Shown one piece after another: positions 55,811 to 64,000 of a DNA stretch of 64,000 nucleotides. The position numbers were made by a program, and so were the translations under genes. The notes beneath the pieces were generated by a model. That model made no database searches, was not told the origin of the DNA, and worked only from the letters and a program-made list of their open reading frames with translations. Location: the NCBI GenBank assembly GCA_963797455.1, contig CAWCPK010000001.1, positions 1,338,155 through 1,402,154 of the forward strand. The letters are read 5' to 3'. The first letter of the stretch is position 1, and each line of letters starts with the position of its first letter. The DNA comes from an uncultured Actinomycetota bacterium (lineage in GTDB: Bacteria; Actinomycetota; Actinomycetes; Mycobacteriales; Jatrophihabitantaceae).

Positions 55811-56113
55811 ATGTCCATCATCTCTGTCATTCGTCGCCGGATGGCTTCGACGCTGGCTCTGCTGGCGTTGATCGCAACGTTGCTACTTGCATTTCCCGCG
55901 CTGGCCAACGCCGCGCCCAGTCCGTACCCGCCGTCCACGCCGTCGTCGAGCGTCGGCGCGACCTCCGCCGCGCGCACGCCGGTCACGAACACCCATTCCG
56001 GCGAGACGGCAAGCACCGGCTTCGCGGCGCTGACCGCCACCGGTATCGCCGTTGCGCTGCTCGGTGGTGGCATCGTCCTCGTTCTCGCCGGCCGCAGGCG
56101 TCGGCGGGCCTGA
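55811..56113 (+). CDS. paralogous small secreted protein with sortase-sorting-signal-like C-terminus (LTATG + TM + RRRRRA)
   Basis: Signal peptide, APSPYPP motif, C-terminal tripartite signal; upstream ATCGGGGG x2. Confidence 0.5.
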   Translation: MSIISVIRRRMASTLALLALIATLLLAFPALANAAPSPYPPSTPSSSVGATSAARTPVTNTHSGETASTGFAALTATGIAVALLGGGIVLVLAGRRRRRA

Positions 56114-56211
56114 GCCCCTGGTGAAGACCGTCCCCGAAGTTTGATCATCGGGGTGTTCTTCCTCGCCCATGCCTCAGTAGAGTCGGCTGCACCACATGTT
56201 CGAGGTCGACA

Positions 56212-58074
56212 TTGATGCGCTCCCCGTACGAGGACGCCGACGAGGAGTCCCCCGGCCCGCCCGTGCCTGATCATTCCGAAGGGAACGAGCCGACCGAGGC
56301 CCCTGCTCGATCTCCCCTCCCGCCGCGCAGTCGACGCCAGAGATTGATGGTCGCTACCGGCGTGTCGGCCCTCGCCGTACTTGCCGTCGGCTTGGTGTGG
56401 ATTGTCGTCACCGGGCTGCTCGCCCGCAGCCAGCTGACCCACGTCCGAGACGAACTGCCGCGGCTGCGGCAAGCGCTGGTGAGCGGTGACCTGGACAAGG
56501 CGCGTTCGCTGGCTGCCGACATCCAGCAGAGCGCGCGCCGGGCTCATGAGCTCACGACCGGTCCGGCGTGGTGGGTCGCCAGTTCGCTTCCGTTACTGGG
56601 CTCACCGCTCGACACGAGCCGGGTGATTGCCGCGCAAGGCGACCGGCTCAGCGTGCACGTGCTTCCTCAGGTTCTGGCGCTGGCCCAGGAGGTCGACGGT
56701 TTGCATCTCGGCAAGGCCTCCGTCGACCTTGCCGAACTGCAGCGCCTCGAACCCAGCGTCGACGACGCTGCACGCGTGGCGCATGACGTCAACGCCAAGA
56801 CTGCGGCCACCAGCTCGTCGTGGTTGCCGGCGGTGTCCTCGGCGCGCGAGTCGCTGCTCAACCAACTGCAGACGGTCGACAGCGAGCTGACCGGCGCGCA
56901 ACGCGCGCTGAGTATTGCCATCCCTATGCTGGGCGCGAACGGACCCCAGCGCTATTTCGTCGGCTTCATGAACGAAGCCGAGTCCCGCGGCCTGGGTGGC
57001 ATCCCCGGAGCGTTTGCGATTGCGACGGCCGACCGCGGGCACCTCACGTTCGATCACTTCGGCTCGGACACCGAGATGAAGGACGTGCGCGCCGACGTCG
57101 ATCTCGGCGCCGACTACCAGGCGCTCTACGGTCAGGACGACCCGACCGGGACGTTTCCCAACTCCGACATCAGTCCGGACTTCCGCGACGCCGCGCAGAT
57201 CTGGGCCGGCATGTGGCAGGCCAAGACCGGCCAGCGCATCGACGGTGCGATCGCGATCGACCCGACGGCACTGAGCTACCTACTGGCCGTCACCGGCCCG
57301 GCGCAGCTCGCCGACGGCAGCGAGGTGAGCAGTGGCAACGTCGTCGCGCTCACCCAGCGCGACCTGTACCGCCGCTTCGGTGGTGGCTCGAAGGCCGACG
57401 ATGCCGCCCGCAAGCGATACGTGGTCGGCCTCTCCCGCGCCGTGTCGAGGAAGCTGGCCGATGGCGGCAGCCCGCATCGGCTCGTGCAGGCGGTGTCGAG
57501 GGCGGCGACCGAGCGGCGCTTCGTCGTGTGGAGCGCCGACGCCCCAGCCGAGCGAGACCTGCGCACGGCGGGGTGGGCCGGGGCCGTGGAGGCGCCGGCC
57601 GGCACGCCCTATGCCGGTCTCGTCGTCAACAACGCCGCCGGGAACAAGCTCGACTACTACCTGGACCGGTCGCTGACCTACCGTCGTGCCAGTTGCACGA
57701 CCGGGAACGCGACGGCGACGATCCGGCTCACCAACGCGGCACCGGCCGGCCTGCCGCCGTACGTGACCATCCGCGCTGACACACGCGACCACGCGACGCG
57801 TGCCGGCGACAATCGCCTGCTCGTCGCGTACTACGCGAGCCCCGGTGCCCGCATTCGATCGGTCACCGTCGACGGCCGGCCGCAGCAGTCGGCGACGTTG
57901 GTGCAGAACGGGCTGACCGTGGTGACACTCGACGTCGAGCTGCCGCGCGCCACGACGACCACGATCAGGATTCGGCTCGTCGAGCCGGCGGACACCGCCG
58001 CCGCGCCGTCCGTGCTGCGCCAGCCCCTCGTGCGACCACTGGTCGTCACAGTCGATGCCCCGGCCTGTGACTGA
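56212..58074 (+). CDS. DUF4012 domain-containing membrane-anchored protein
   Basis: N-terminal TM then a large extracytoplasmic domain. Confidence 0.65.
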   Translation: MMRSPYEDADEESPGPPVPDHSEGNEPTEAPARSPLPPRSRRQRLMVATGVSALAVLAVGLVWIVVTGLLARSQLTHVRDELPRLRQALVSGDLDKARSLAADIQQSARRAHELTTGPAWWVASSLPLLGSPLDTSRVIAAQGDRLSVHVLPQVLALAQEVDGLHLGKASVDLAELQRLEPSVDDAARVAHDVNAKTAATSSSWLPAVSSARESLLNQLQTVDSELTGAQRALSIAIPMLGANGPQRYFVGFMNEAESRGLGGIPGAFAIATADRGHLTFDHFGSDTEMKDVRADVDLGADYQALYGQDDPTGTFPNSDISPDFRDAAQIWAGMWQAKTGQRIDGAIAIDPTALSYLLAVTGPAQLADGSEVSSGNVVALTQRDLYRRFGGGSKADDAARKRYVVGLSRAVSRKLADGGSPHRLVQAVSRAATERRFVVWSADAPAERDLRTAGWAGAVEAPAGTPYAGLVVNNAAGNKLDYYLDRSLTYRRASCTTGNATATIRLTNAAPAGLPPYVTIRADTRDHATRAGDNRLLVAYYASPGARIRSVTVDGRPQQSATLVQNGLTVVTLDVELPRATTTTIRIRLVEPADTAAAPSVLRQPLVRPLVVTVDAPACD

Positions 58075-58077
58075 CCA

Positions 58078-58965
58078 TCACAACCACGGGAAGCTGCGTC
58101 CCGTGAGCTGCTCGAGCCGCTCGTTGTGCGGCGCGAACCGCGCGGCGAGCCGCTCGCGGATCTCCGGATCCAGCTCGTCGCCTGCCGCGGCGTTGCGGAC
58201 GTCGCCGGATGCGATTGCCTCAGCGGGCAGCCCCAGGAAGGTCGTCGCCACAGTGAGCTGGAGCAACGGGTCGGCGTAGTACTCCTCGCTCGACAGGACC
58301 AGAATCTGCTCGCGAGGGTAGTGCGCGTACCAGCGAGTGAGGGCGGTGTCGTACTCGCTTTGCCGGGCATAGGACTGCTGCTCGTGCGCATAGCTTTGGA
58401 ATGACGGGTCCTGAGTCAGCCGCATCTCGACATCTCCGATGCGGGCGTCTTCGGCGGCCAGTGCAGTGGCAAAGTCAAGCTCTTCCATGTCGTTGCGCCG
58501 GCGCTCTTTCCAATGGCTGTGGGTGCGCATTACGGGGTCGCGAAGCACGGCGATGATCTTCGCGTTGGGAAACATCCTGGCGGCACGCTCAGCCGCGGCC
58601 GGGTGGAAGAGGTAGTACGGCGACGCCTCGCCGGTGACGATAGGCGCGCCGACGCGACGCTCCTGCCGCCTGCGAACGAACGTCGACGGCAAGTGGCCGC
58701 GGTACCAACGTTCACCGCGCCAGTAGTTCTGGTCGAAGTAGTGGATCCCTTTTGTGGCCGCGGCCTTCGGCAGGAGGTTCGGTCGCGGAAAGAGCGGAGC
58801 AACGTGACTGTGCCGCAGTAGATCGAAGTAGAACGACGTGCTGCCACCTCGCTTCGCGCCGATGATCAGGAAGTCGGGATCGGGTCGCCAGCTGGCGGTG
58901 ATCCGCGCGTAGCCGTAGATCGTGGCGCGGCCGGCGCCGACGAACGGGCGGAGCGGATCAGGCAC
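58078..58965 (-). CDS. sulfotransferase family protein
   Basis: PAPS 5'-phosphate-binding loop KRGGSTSF and a 3'-phosphate-binding RDP..R region. Confidence 0.7.
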   Translation of the reverse strand: MPDPLRPFVGAGRATIYGYARITASWRPDPDFLIIGAKRGGSTSFYFDLLRHSHVAPLFPRPNLLPKAAATKGIHYFDQNYWRGERWYRGHLPSTFVRRRQERRVGAPIVTGEASPYYLFHPAAAERAARMFPNAKIIAVLRDPVMRTHSHWKERRRNDMEELDFATALAAEDARIGDVEMRLTQDPSFQSYAHEQQSYARQSEYDTALTRWYAHYPREQILVLSSEEYYADPLLQLTVATTFLGLPAEAIASGDVRNAAAGDELDPEIRERLAARFAPHNERLEQLTGRSFPWL

Positions 58966-59926
58966 GGAGGGCCTCCAGCATGGCGGTCGTCAGCCGCTGC
59001 TCCCGGTCGGCGATGCGTCGGCCCTGGACGATATCGGCCCAGTACAGGCGCGCCTCGGCTGCGCCAGGCGCGCGCAGTCGCGCGTCGCGGCGCCTGCCGC
59101 GCAGCGCAGCAGCGGACGCGAGGAAGTACGTGGTATCCGCGTGTGGAGGCGCCCACCGCACGTCCTCCCAGTCGATCAGCCACAGCTGGCCCTGTGCGCG
59201 GCGTAGGTTCCACGGCGTGAGGTCACCGTGCGCGCCACGCCAGTGCGCAGCCGCATCCCGCGGCCTCGGAACGACTCGTTCGACCAACTCGGTGATCTCG
59301 TTGGTCAATTCGTCGGCGCAGTGCAAAACGGGTCCGTGTGGACGGCGCGCCATAACCTCGTAGCCGGTCCACGACCAGCCGCCCGCACTGCCCTCGCCGA
59401 CGAGCTGCGGCACGCGGAACCGGGCGGGCTGCTGCTCGGCAGCCGCCTGGCTGATTGCCTTCTCGGCAGCCAGCTCAGCGGCATCGCGCCGAACCCGGAT
59501 CAGCATCGGTCGCCGTGGGGTGCACAGCAGAAGAACTATCCCGGTGCGAAAGCCTTGCGGCCGGCGGTAGACGGCGAACTCCGTGCGAGCGCCGCCGATC
59601 GCCGCACGCCATTGCCGAGACAGCTCGGCGAACACGTCGGCGTCCAAGGGGGGATTCCACTGTTCGCGGACTCCCGGGACGAGCCGCATCGCGCCGGCCC
59701 GAGCGAGAACCCACGTCGCGCGCTGCAGCATCAGCGGGACGGGGCGCGACGCGGTATAGAGGGTCAGTCCGAGCGCCGCTGCCGAAGCCGGCGCCTCCGG
59801 CACGAGGACATGTCCCTGCCCTGGCGGGTACTGCACGTGGGCCACGGCATCGAGTATCTCCTGGTCAGTTTGTGAATGTGCCGATGTGGCGTGTGCCCGT
59901 GGGCACGCCGATCGCGGCGGCGACAT
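58958..59926 (-). CDS. aminoglycoside-phosphotransferase-like (APH/kinase fold) protein
   Basis: HGDLTPWNL catalytic loop and IDWE (DxE/D) motif. Confidence 0.6.
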   Translation of the reverse strand: MSPPRSACPRAHATSAHSQTDQEILDAVAHVQYPPGQGHVLVPEAPASAAALGLTLYTASRPVPLMLQRATWVLARAGAMRLVPGVREQWNPPLDADVFAELSRQWRAAIGGARTEFAVYRRPQGFRTGIVLLLCTPRRPMLIRVRRDAAELAAEKAISQAAAEQQPARFRVPQLVGEGSAGGWSWTGYEVMARRPHGPVLHCADELTNEITELVERVVPRPRDAAAHWRGAHGDLTPWNLRRAQGQLWLIDWEDVRWAPPHADTTYFLASAAALRGRRRDARLRAPGAAEARLYWADIVQGRRIADREQRLTTAMLEALRA

Positions 59927-62561
59927 CGCTCGTCAGGGGGACTGCCGCTGCGTCACCGGGTGAGGCGAGCGTTGTAGTGGAGTCCTGCAGATTCGTCCAG
60001 GTCTTGTTGAGCCCGAGGTCCAGGGCCTGCGGCGTCCGGTACTTCGTAACGGTCACATTGTCGTCCCCGCCCCACCCGACCATGACCGTGGACGTCGAGG
60101 TTGCGTAGAACTCGTTTCCGTCGATGGTCACGTTCATGTCGCGGACCGCGGTGTTGGTCGCCTTGTCGAGAGCGTAGAACTGGAACATCGCCGTGCTGTC
60201 GGAAATGTTGTCAGCGACGATGATGTTGCGCACGATCCACGGGTCGGCAGTCGAGGTCGCGGGATCGGTGTTGCGGCGAGCGTCCTGGGTAAGGCCGATG
60301 TCCCACACCGAGTTGCCGCTGAATGCGTTGTTGTAGACCTTGACATTTCCGGTATCGAATGCCGTGTAGCCGTAGTTCGCGCCGGACACGGTGTTATTGG
60401 CGACGATCCCGGTATCCGAGAGTTCGGTAATGATGCCGTACTTGCCGTCGTTCCCGGCCACCACGTTGCCGACGATGGTGAAGTGGCTGACCGTCACGTC
60501 GGTCCAGATGCCGTTCACGCCTAGGTTGTTTTGGCTGACACTGTCCCGGATCGTCACGCCGTCGGCGTTGGTCACCTTGATCCCGGCGGCCGCGGGCGCG
60601 GCGTTGAAGTGCTGAGTGTTGTTTCCCTGCATGAGCGAGTCGGCCACGAGTAGTCCACTGCCATGATTCGAGTGGATACCGGTCATCCCGTTGTCTTCGG
60701 CGGTGACGTGCACGAGACGGCAGTCGTGGGTGCCCGCCGAGATGCCCTGCGTGGCATTGTCCCTGATCACGACGTTCTCCACCACGTCGCCACCGGTGCT
60801 GCCGCCGAAGTAGACGGTCCCTATCTGCGGGAGTGAGGTCGCGTACCGGCGAACGCCGACGCCACGGAGCGTGAGCTGTCCACTCACCACGAAGGCCTGC
60901 TGCAGGTCGCTTGCCCGTACCTCGTGTCCGGCGGGATTGCTACCCATCGTGATCGTCGCCGCCGGGTAGTCGACCGCAAACTGGCCCGCGCCAGGGTTCG
61001 ACGACACCTGATCGAACTGGACGCCGTCGACGAACAACTGGTCCGGCCAAGCGGCCATCGGGTACTGCGAGTTGACGAAGCCGCCGGAGTTCGAGCCTCT
61101 GGTAAAGCTGGCCGAGTGGTCGAACTGGTAGGTCCAGCCAGCGTGGACCCAGGTCGTGCCCTGCTGGACCCAGCCGGTAACCGGCACCGATCCGTCGAAC
61201 CACGCAGCCTCGCCCGGGTAGTTCTCGATCGTCACCGTCTTCGAGACAAACAAGCCTTCGTGGTAGCTGCCGGCACGCAGGACGATCACCTGTCCGCTCG
61301 CTGCCTTTGAGACAGCGGTCTTCACCGTGCGCAGCGGGCTCGAGGCGGTCCCGGTGGCGCTGTCGTTGCCAGTGCTGGAGGAGACATAGAGCGCGTTGCT
61401 CGGCACCGGGTAGACCGCAGAACCCACCGGGAGCGATCCGGGACTCGTCGGCACCGGCGTGGGCGTCGGCGTGGGCGTCGGCGTGGGCGTCGGCGTCGGC
61501 GTCGGCGTCGGCGTGGGCGTCAGGGAGGGCGTCGGCGTGGGCGTCGGCGTGGGCGTCGGCGTCGGCGTCAGGGAGGGCGTCGGCGTGGGCGTCGGCGTCG
61601 GCGTCAGGGAGGGCGACGGCGTGGGCGTCGGCGTCAGGGAGGGCGACGGCGTGGGCGTCGGCGTCGGCGTCAGGGAAGGCGACGGCGACGGCGACGACGT
61701 GGGCGACGACGTGGGCGACGACGTGGGCGACGACGTGGGCGACGACGTGGGCGTCGGCGTCGGCGTCGGCGTGGGCGTCGGCGTGGGCGTCGGCGCTGGA
61801 CTCGACGCCTTGCGCTGCTTAGCGAGCCGCCAGGACTTGAGATTGTAGAAGCGCACCCACATCCGGTGCTTGGTGCCGGACTGGTTAGCGGCGTACACGC
61901 CGACATCGCCCGCCGCTGTGATCGCGCCGCGGGCGCGGTCGAGCGCAACGAACCAACGAGTGTGGCGCCCGCCGGGCAGCACGACGCGCGCCTTGACCAC
62001 GTCGGCGCGCGCGACCGCCTCGAGCCGTATCACCTGGCGCCCTACTGCCGGCACCCGGTGCCACGTGAGGGTGCGGGTCAGCCCGTTTCCGTCGCGGCGG
62101 GCGATCTCGAGAGCGCGCGCACCGCGTCCGGACACCCGCACGAGCACGAGGTAGCCGGCTCCGTTCGATTTCGTGCGCAGCACAATGCCGGCCGCGAATC
62201 CCCACCCTCGGACCGGCCGGACCCGCGGCGCATTCAGCACGAGTTGAGCGCGTACGTCCGCGGTGGGAGTCTTCGGCAACAGCTGCTCTATCCTACGGCC
62301 CGGAAGTAGCGCGCGGATCGACGTATAGGGACGGCGTGCGGCAGACGACGTGGCGGTTGCGCGCTGGGTAGCGCCGGCGAGCAGCACCCCCCAGTTCCGA
62401 CTTGTCGGCCGCGAGTCGGAGGCAATGTGTCGTTGCTGGGGGCTCGCCGAAGCCTCGGCAGAGAGTGCGGCTGTCGCAACCAAGGCACCTGCAATGAGGG
62501 CTGCGGCGGTCAGGAATGCGCACGTGACGCGCCTGACAACTATCGGTGGGCGGGAGGGCAC
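59865..62561 (-). CDS. secreted right-handed parallel beta-helix protein with a long Pro/Thr/Ser linker
   Basis: Signal peptide, ~110-aa PT/SPTS repeat region, C-terminal beta-helix repeats (NxxGxxxxG/VxxN periodicity). Confidence 0.7.
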   Translation of the reverse strand: MPSRPPIVVRRVTCAFLTAAALIAGALVATAALSAEASASPQQRHIASDSRPTSRNWGVLLAGATQRATATSSAARRPYTSIRALLPGRRIEQLLPKTPTADVRAQLVLNAPRVRPVRGWGFAAGIVLRTKSNGAGYLVLVRVSGRGARALEIARRDGNGLTRTLTWHRVPAVGRQVIRLEAVARADVVKARVVLPGGRHTRWFVALDRARGAITAAGDVGVYAANQSGTKHRMWVRFYNLKSWRLAKQRKASSPAPTPTPTPTPTPTPTPTSSPTSSPTSSPTSSPTSSPSPSPSLTPTPTPTPSPSLTPTPTPSPSLTPTPTPTPTPSLTPTPTPTPTPTPTPSLTPTPTPTPTPTPTPTPTPTPTPVPTSPGSLPVGSAVYPVPSNALYVSSSTGNDSATGTASSPLRTVKTAVSKAASGQVIVLRAGSYHEGLFVSKTVTIENYPGEAAWFDGSVPVTGWVQQGTTWVHAGWTYQFDHSASFTRGSNSGGFVNSQYPMAAWPDQLFVDGVQFDQVSSNPGAGQFAVDYPAATITMGSNPAGHEVRASDLQQAFVVSGQLTLRGVGVRRYATSLPQIGTVYFGGSTGGDVVENVVIRDNATQGISAGTHDCRLVHVTAEDNGMTGIHSNHGSGLLVADSLMQGNNTQHFNAAPAAAGIKVTNADGVTIRDSVSQNNLGVNGIWTDVTVSHFTIVGNVVAGNDGKYGIITELSDTGIVANNTVSGANYGYTAFDTGNVKVYNNAFSGNSVWDIGLTQDARRNTDPATSTADPWIVRNIIVADNISDSTAMFQFYALDKATNTAVRDMNVTIDGNEFYATSTSTVMVGWGGDDNVTVTKYRTPQALDLGLNKTWTNLQDSTTTLASPGDAAAVPLTSDVAAAIGVPTGTRHIGTFTN
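61430..61800. repeat. tandem 6/12-bp DNA repeats (GGCGTGGGCGTCGGCGTC...) encoding the PT linker
   Basis: Direct reading; spurious antisense GVGVGV ORFs. Confidence 0.85.
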
Positions 62562-62741
62562 GGGGCGTCCTCTAGGGCTCGGGGCTCGCTCCCCAGCCAG
62601 CGGAGCCGTCTGATCCCCGCCTAGACCCCCGTCATATTTCTATACACGGACTTTACATGATTCTCCGGCGTCTGACTACTCTTCGTAGTCGAGAAGTAAC
62701 GCGTTGCACACTCCTGGTGATCTAACCTCAAAGAAGACACG

Positions 62742-63350
62742 GTGACGGGGGAGTTTGACGTGCCGGTGCAAGATCTCAGGCCGCTGGTTCTGTTCGTGTG
62801 CACGGCGAACCTCTGCCGCTCTCCACTCGCCGAACACCTCATGCGCGCCCGCCTGGGGCGAGGCGGACCGGCCTGGGACGTCGCGTCGGCGGGCGCGGCC
62901 GCGCGTGGCGGGCAGGAGTTACTCGAGGCCACGGCGTCGGTGCTCCGTGAGATGGGGGTCGTACCAGCACAAACTTGGCGCACCACCCGGTTGCGCAGGG
63001 ATGAAGCCAACCGCGCCGACCTCGTCCTGACCGCCGAGGCGGCGCATCGGCGGGCCGTGGTGGCCCTAGCGCCTGCGTGTATCAACCGCACGTTCACGCT
63101 GCTCGAGTTCGCAGCGCTGCTTCGGTTGGCAGACATGGAACCGAACGCCGAAGGATCTGACGACGGAGTGCGCGCACTGCTGAGCGCCGCGTGGACGGCA
63201 CGGGGCCAACCTCAACGCCGCGAGCACCGGCTTCTCGACATCCCGGATCCCATCGACCGGGGCATCGGCGCGATGCGCGAGACCTCGCAGATCATCCTCG
63301 GGGCCATCGACGAGATCACCTTGGCGCTGAGCAGATCGACCGTCGGTTAA
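62742..63350 (+). CDS. low-molecular-weight protein-tyrosine phosphatase
   Basis: C(X)5R P-loop VCTANLCRSP and a DP (DIPDPI) general-acid loop. Confidence 0.8.
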   Translation: MTGEFDVPVQDLRPLVLFVCTANLCRSPLAEHLMRARLGRGGPAWDVASAGAAARGGQELLEATASVLREMGVVPAQTWRTTRLRRDEANRADLVLTAEAAHRRAVVALAPACINRTFTLLEFAALLRLADMEPNAEGSDDGVRALLSAAWTARGQPQRREHRLLDIPDPIDRGIGAMRETSQIILGAIDEITLALSRSTVG

Positions 63351-64000
63351 GGCGTATCTCCGGAATCGCGCACCGGTTCGAGCGACTCGCGCAGATGATC
63401 GTCGATGTTGTCCTCCGGCGCGGATGGCCCGGGGGAGGGCCGCCTCGGCGCGGCGCGCGGACGGCGTCGAGGGACCCGGGCCCATAGGTTTCGGGTGCGC
63501 AAGCCGTATTTGGCGCGCGCGGCCGCCAGAACGCCCGTGCCACCGGGCATATCCGCACCCTGCGCGCTGCGATAGTAATCGGATCGGTAGGCCGCATCGA
63601 GGCCCCTGGTCGGCCGCATAGTCAGGACCACGCCTAGTACGCGGGCATTCACGGTTTCCAGACTCTGCAGCGACGCTCGCAGTTGTGGGCGTTTGACCTT
63701 GCCGTGCCGAGCCAACACGACGACCCCCGCACCGTGGGTGCTCAACAGGGCGGCGTCCGTGACCGGCAACAGCGGCGGCGCGTCCATGATCACCACGTCG
63801 AACCGCGACCGCAGCTCATCGAGAACCTGCCTCATCCGGCTCCCGCCGAGCAACTCGGACGGGTTCGGGGGTAGCGGCCCGCTGGCCAGTACCTGGAGAC
63901 CGTTCGCCCCCCAGCTCTGGAGCACGTCGTCGAGCGAGGCGGCCCCGGTCAACACGCTGGTGAGCCCGCTGGCCCGTTCCAGACCCAGGTAGTCACTCAG
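63347..64000 (-). CDS. polysaccharide biosynthesis tyrosine autokinase (BY-kinase), C-terminal part; gene continues past the window end
   Basis: Walker B-like VVIMDAPPLLPVTDA; frame stays open to position 64000. Confidence 0.7.
   Translation of the reverse strand: MSDYLGLERASGLTSVLTGAASLDDVLQSWGANGLQVLASGPLPPNPSELLGGSRMRQVLDELRSRFDVVIMDAPPLLPVTDAALLSTHGAGVVVLARHGKVKRPQLRASLQSLETVNARVLGVVLTMRPTRGLDAAYRSDYYRSAQGADMPGGTGVLAAARAKYGLRTRNLWARVPRRRPRAAPRRPSPGPSAPEDNIDDHLRESLEPVRDSGDTP

Noticed and set aside
61459-61848. Poly-(GVGV) ORF
   Set aside because: Antisense translation of the PT-linker repeat inside the beta-helix gene.

Overview
This 64 kb window is high-GC (about 70-73 %) chromosomal DNA from an actinomycete (Actinomycetota). 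I count roughly 65 protein-coding genes, most with strong third-codon-position GC bias. The largest coherent block is a housekeeping neighbourhood that mycobacteria also have: ppx, DUF501, an FtsB-like septum protein, eno, mazG, an LpqU-like lipoprotein and mfd. Other recognisable genes include a Pat-like GNAT/acyl-CoA-synthetase lysine acetyltransferase with an overlapping AcuC-type deacetylase, cbs, an ECF sigma factor, Lon, two acyl-CoA dehydrogenases, a thiolase, malQ, a cupredoxin, pirin and a flotillin/NfeD pair. At the 3' end there is a cell-surface/polysaccharide locus (DUF4012 protein, sulfotransferase, APH-like kinase, PT-repeat beta-helix protein, LMW-PTP, partial BY-kinase).

Accessory and unusual content:
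- An intact IS1595-family insertion sequence.
- A vapBC toxin-antitoxin pair.
- A two-gene candidate Kiwa-like (KwaA/KwaB) module: a small 4-TM protein translationally coupled to a ~320-aa protein, in a locally lower-GC stretch.
- A minus-strand tRNA followed by three tandem partial copies of its 3' end.
- A family of ~48-bp palindromic elements (GATCTTGTGCGG-N25-CGCACAAGATC) at four intergenic sites.
- A heavily structured convergent intergenic region.
- A truncated ECF sigma factor gene.

Caveat: many essential genes (eno, mfd, lon, a metB-like gene, a thiolase, a fadE) are split across reading frames. That argues for indel errors in this assembly rather than real pseudogenes. No CRISPR array and no rRNA genes were seen.
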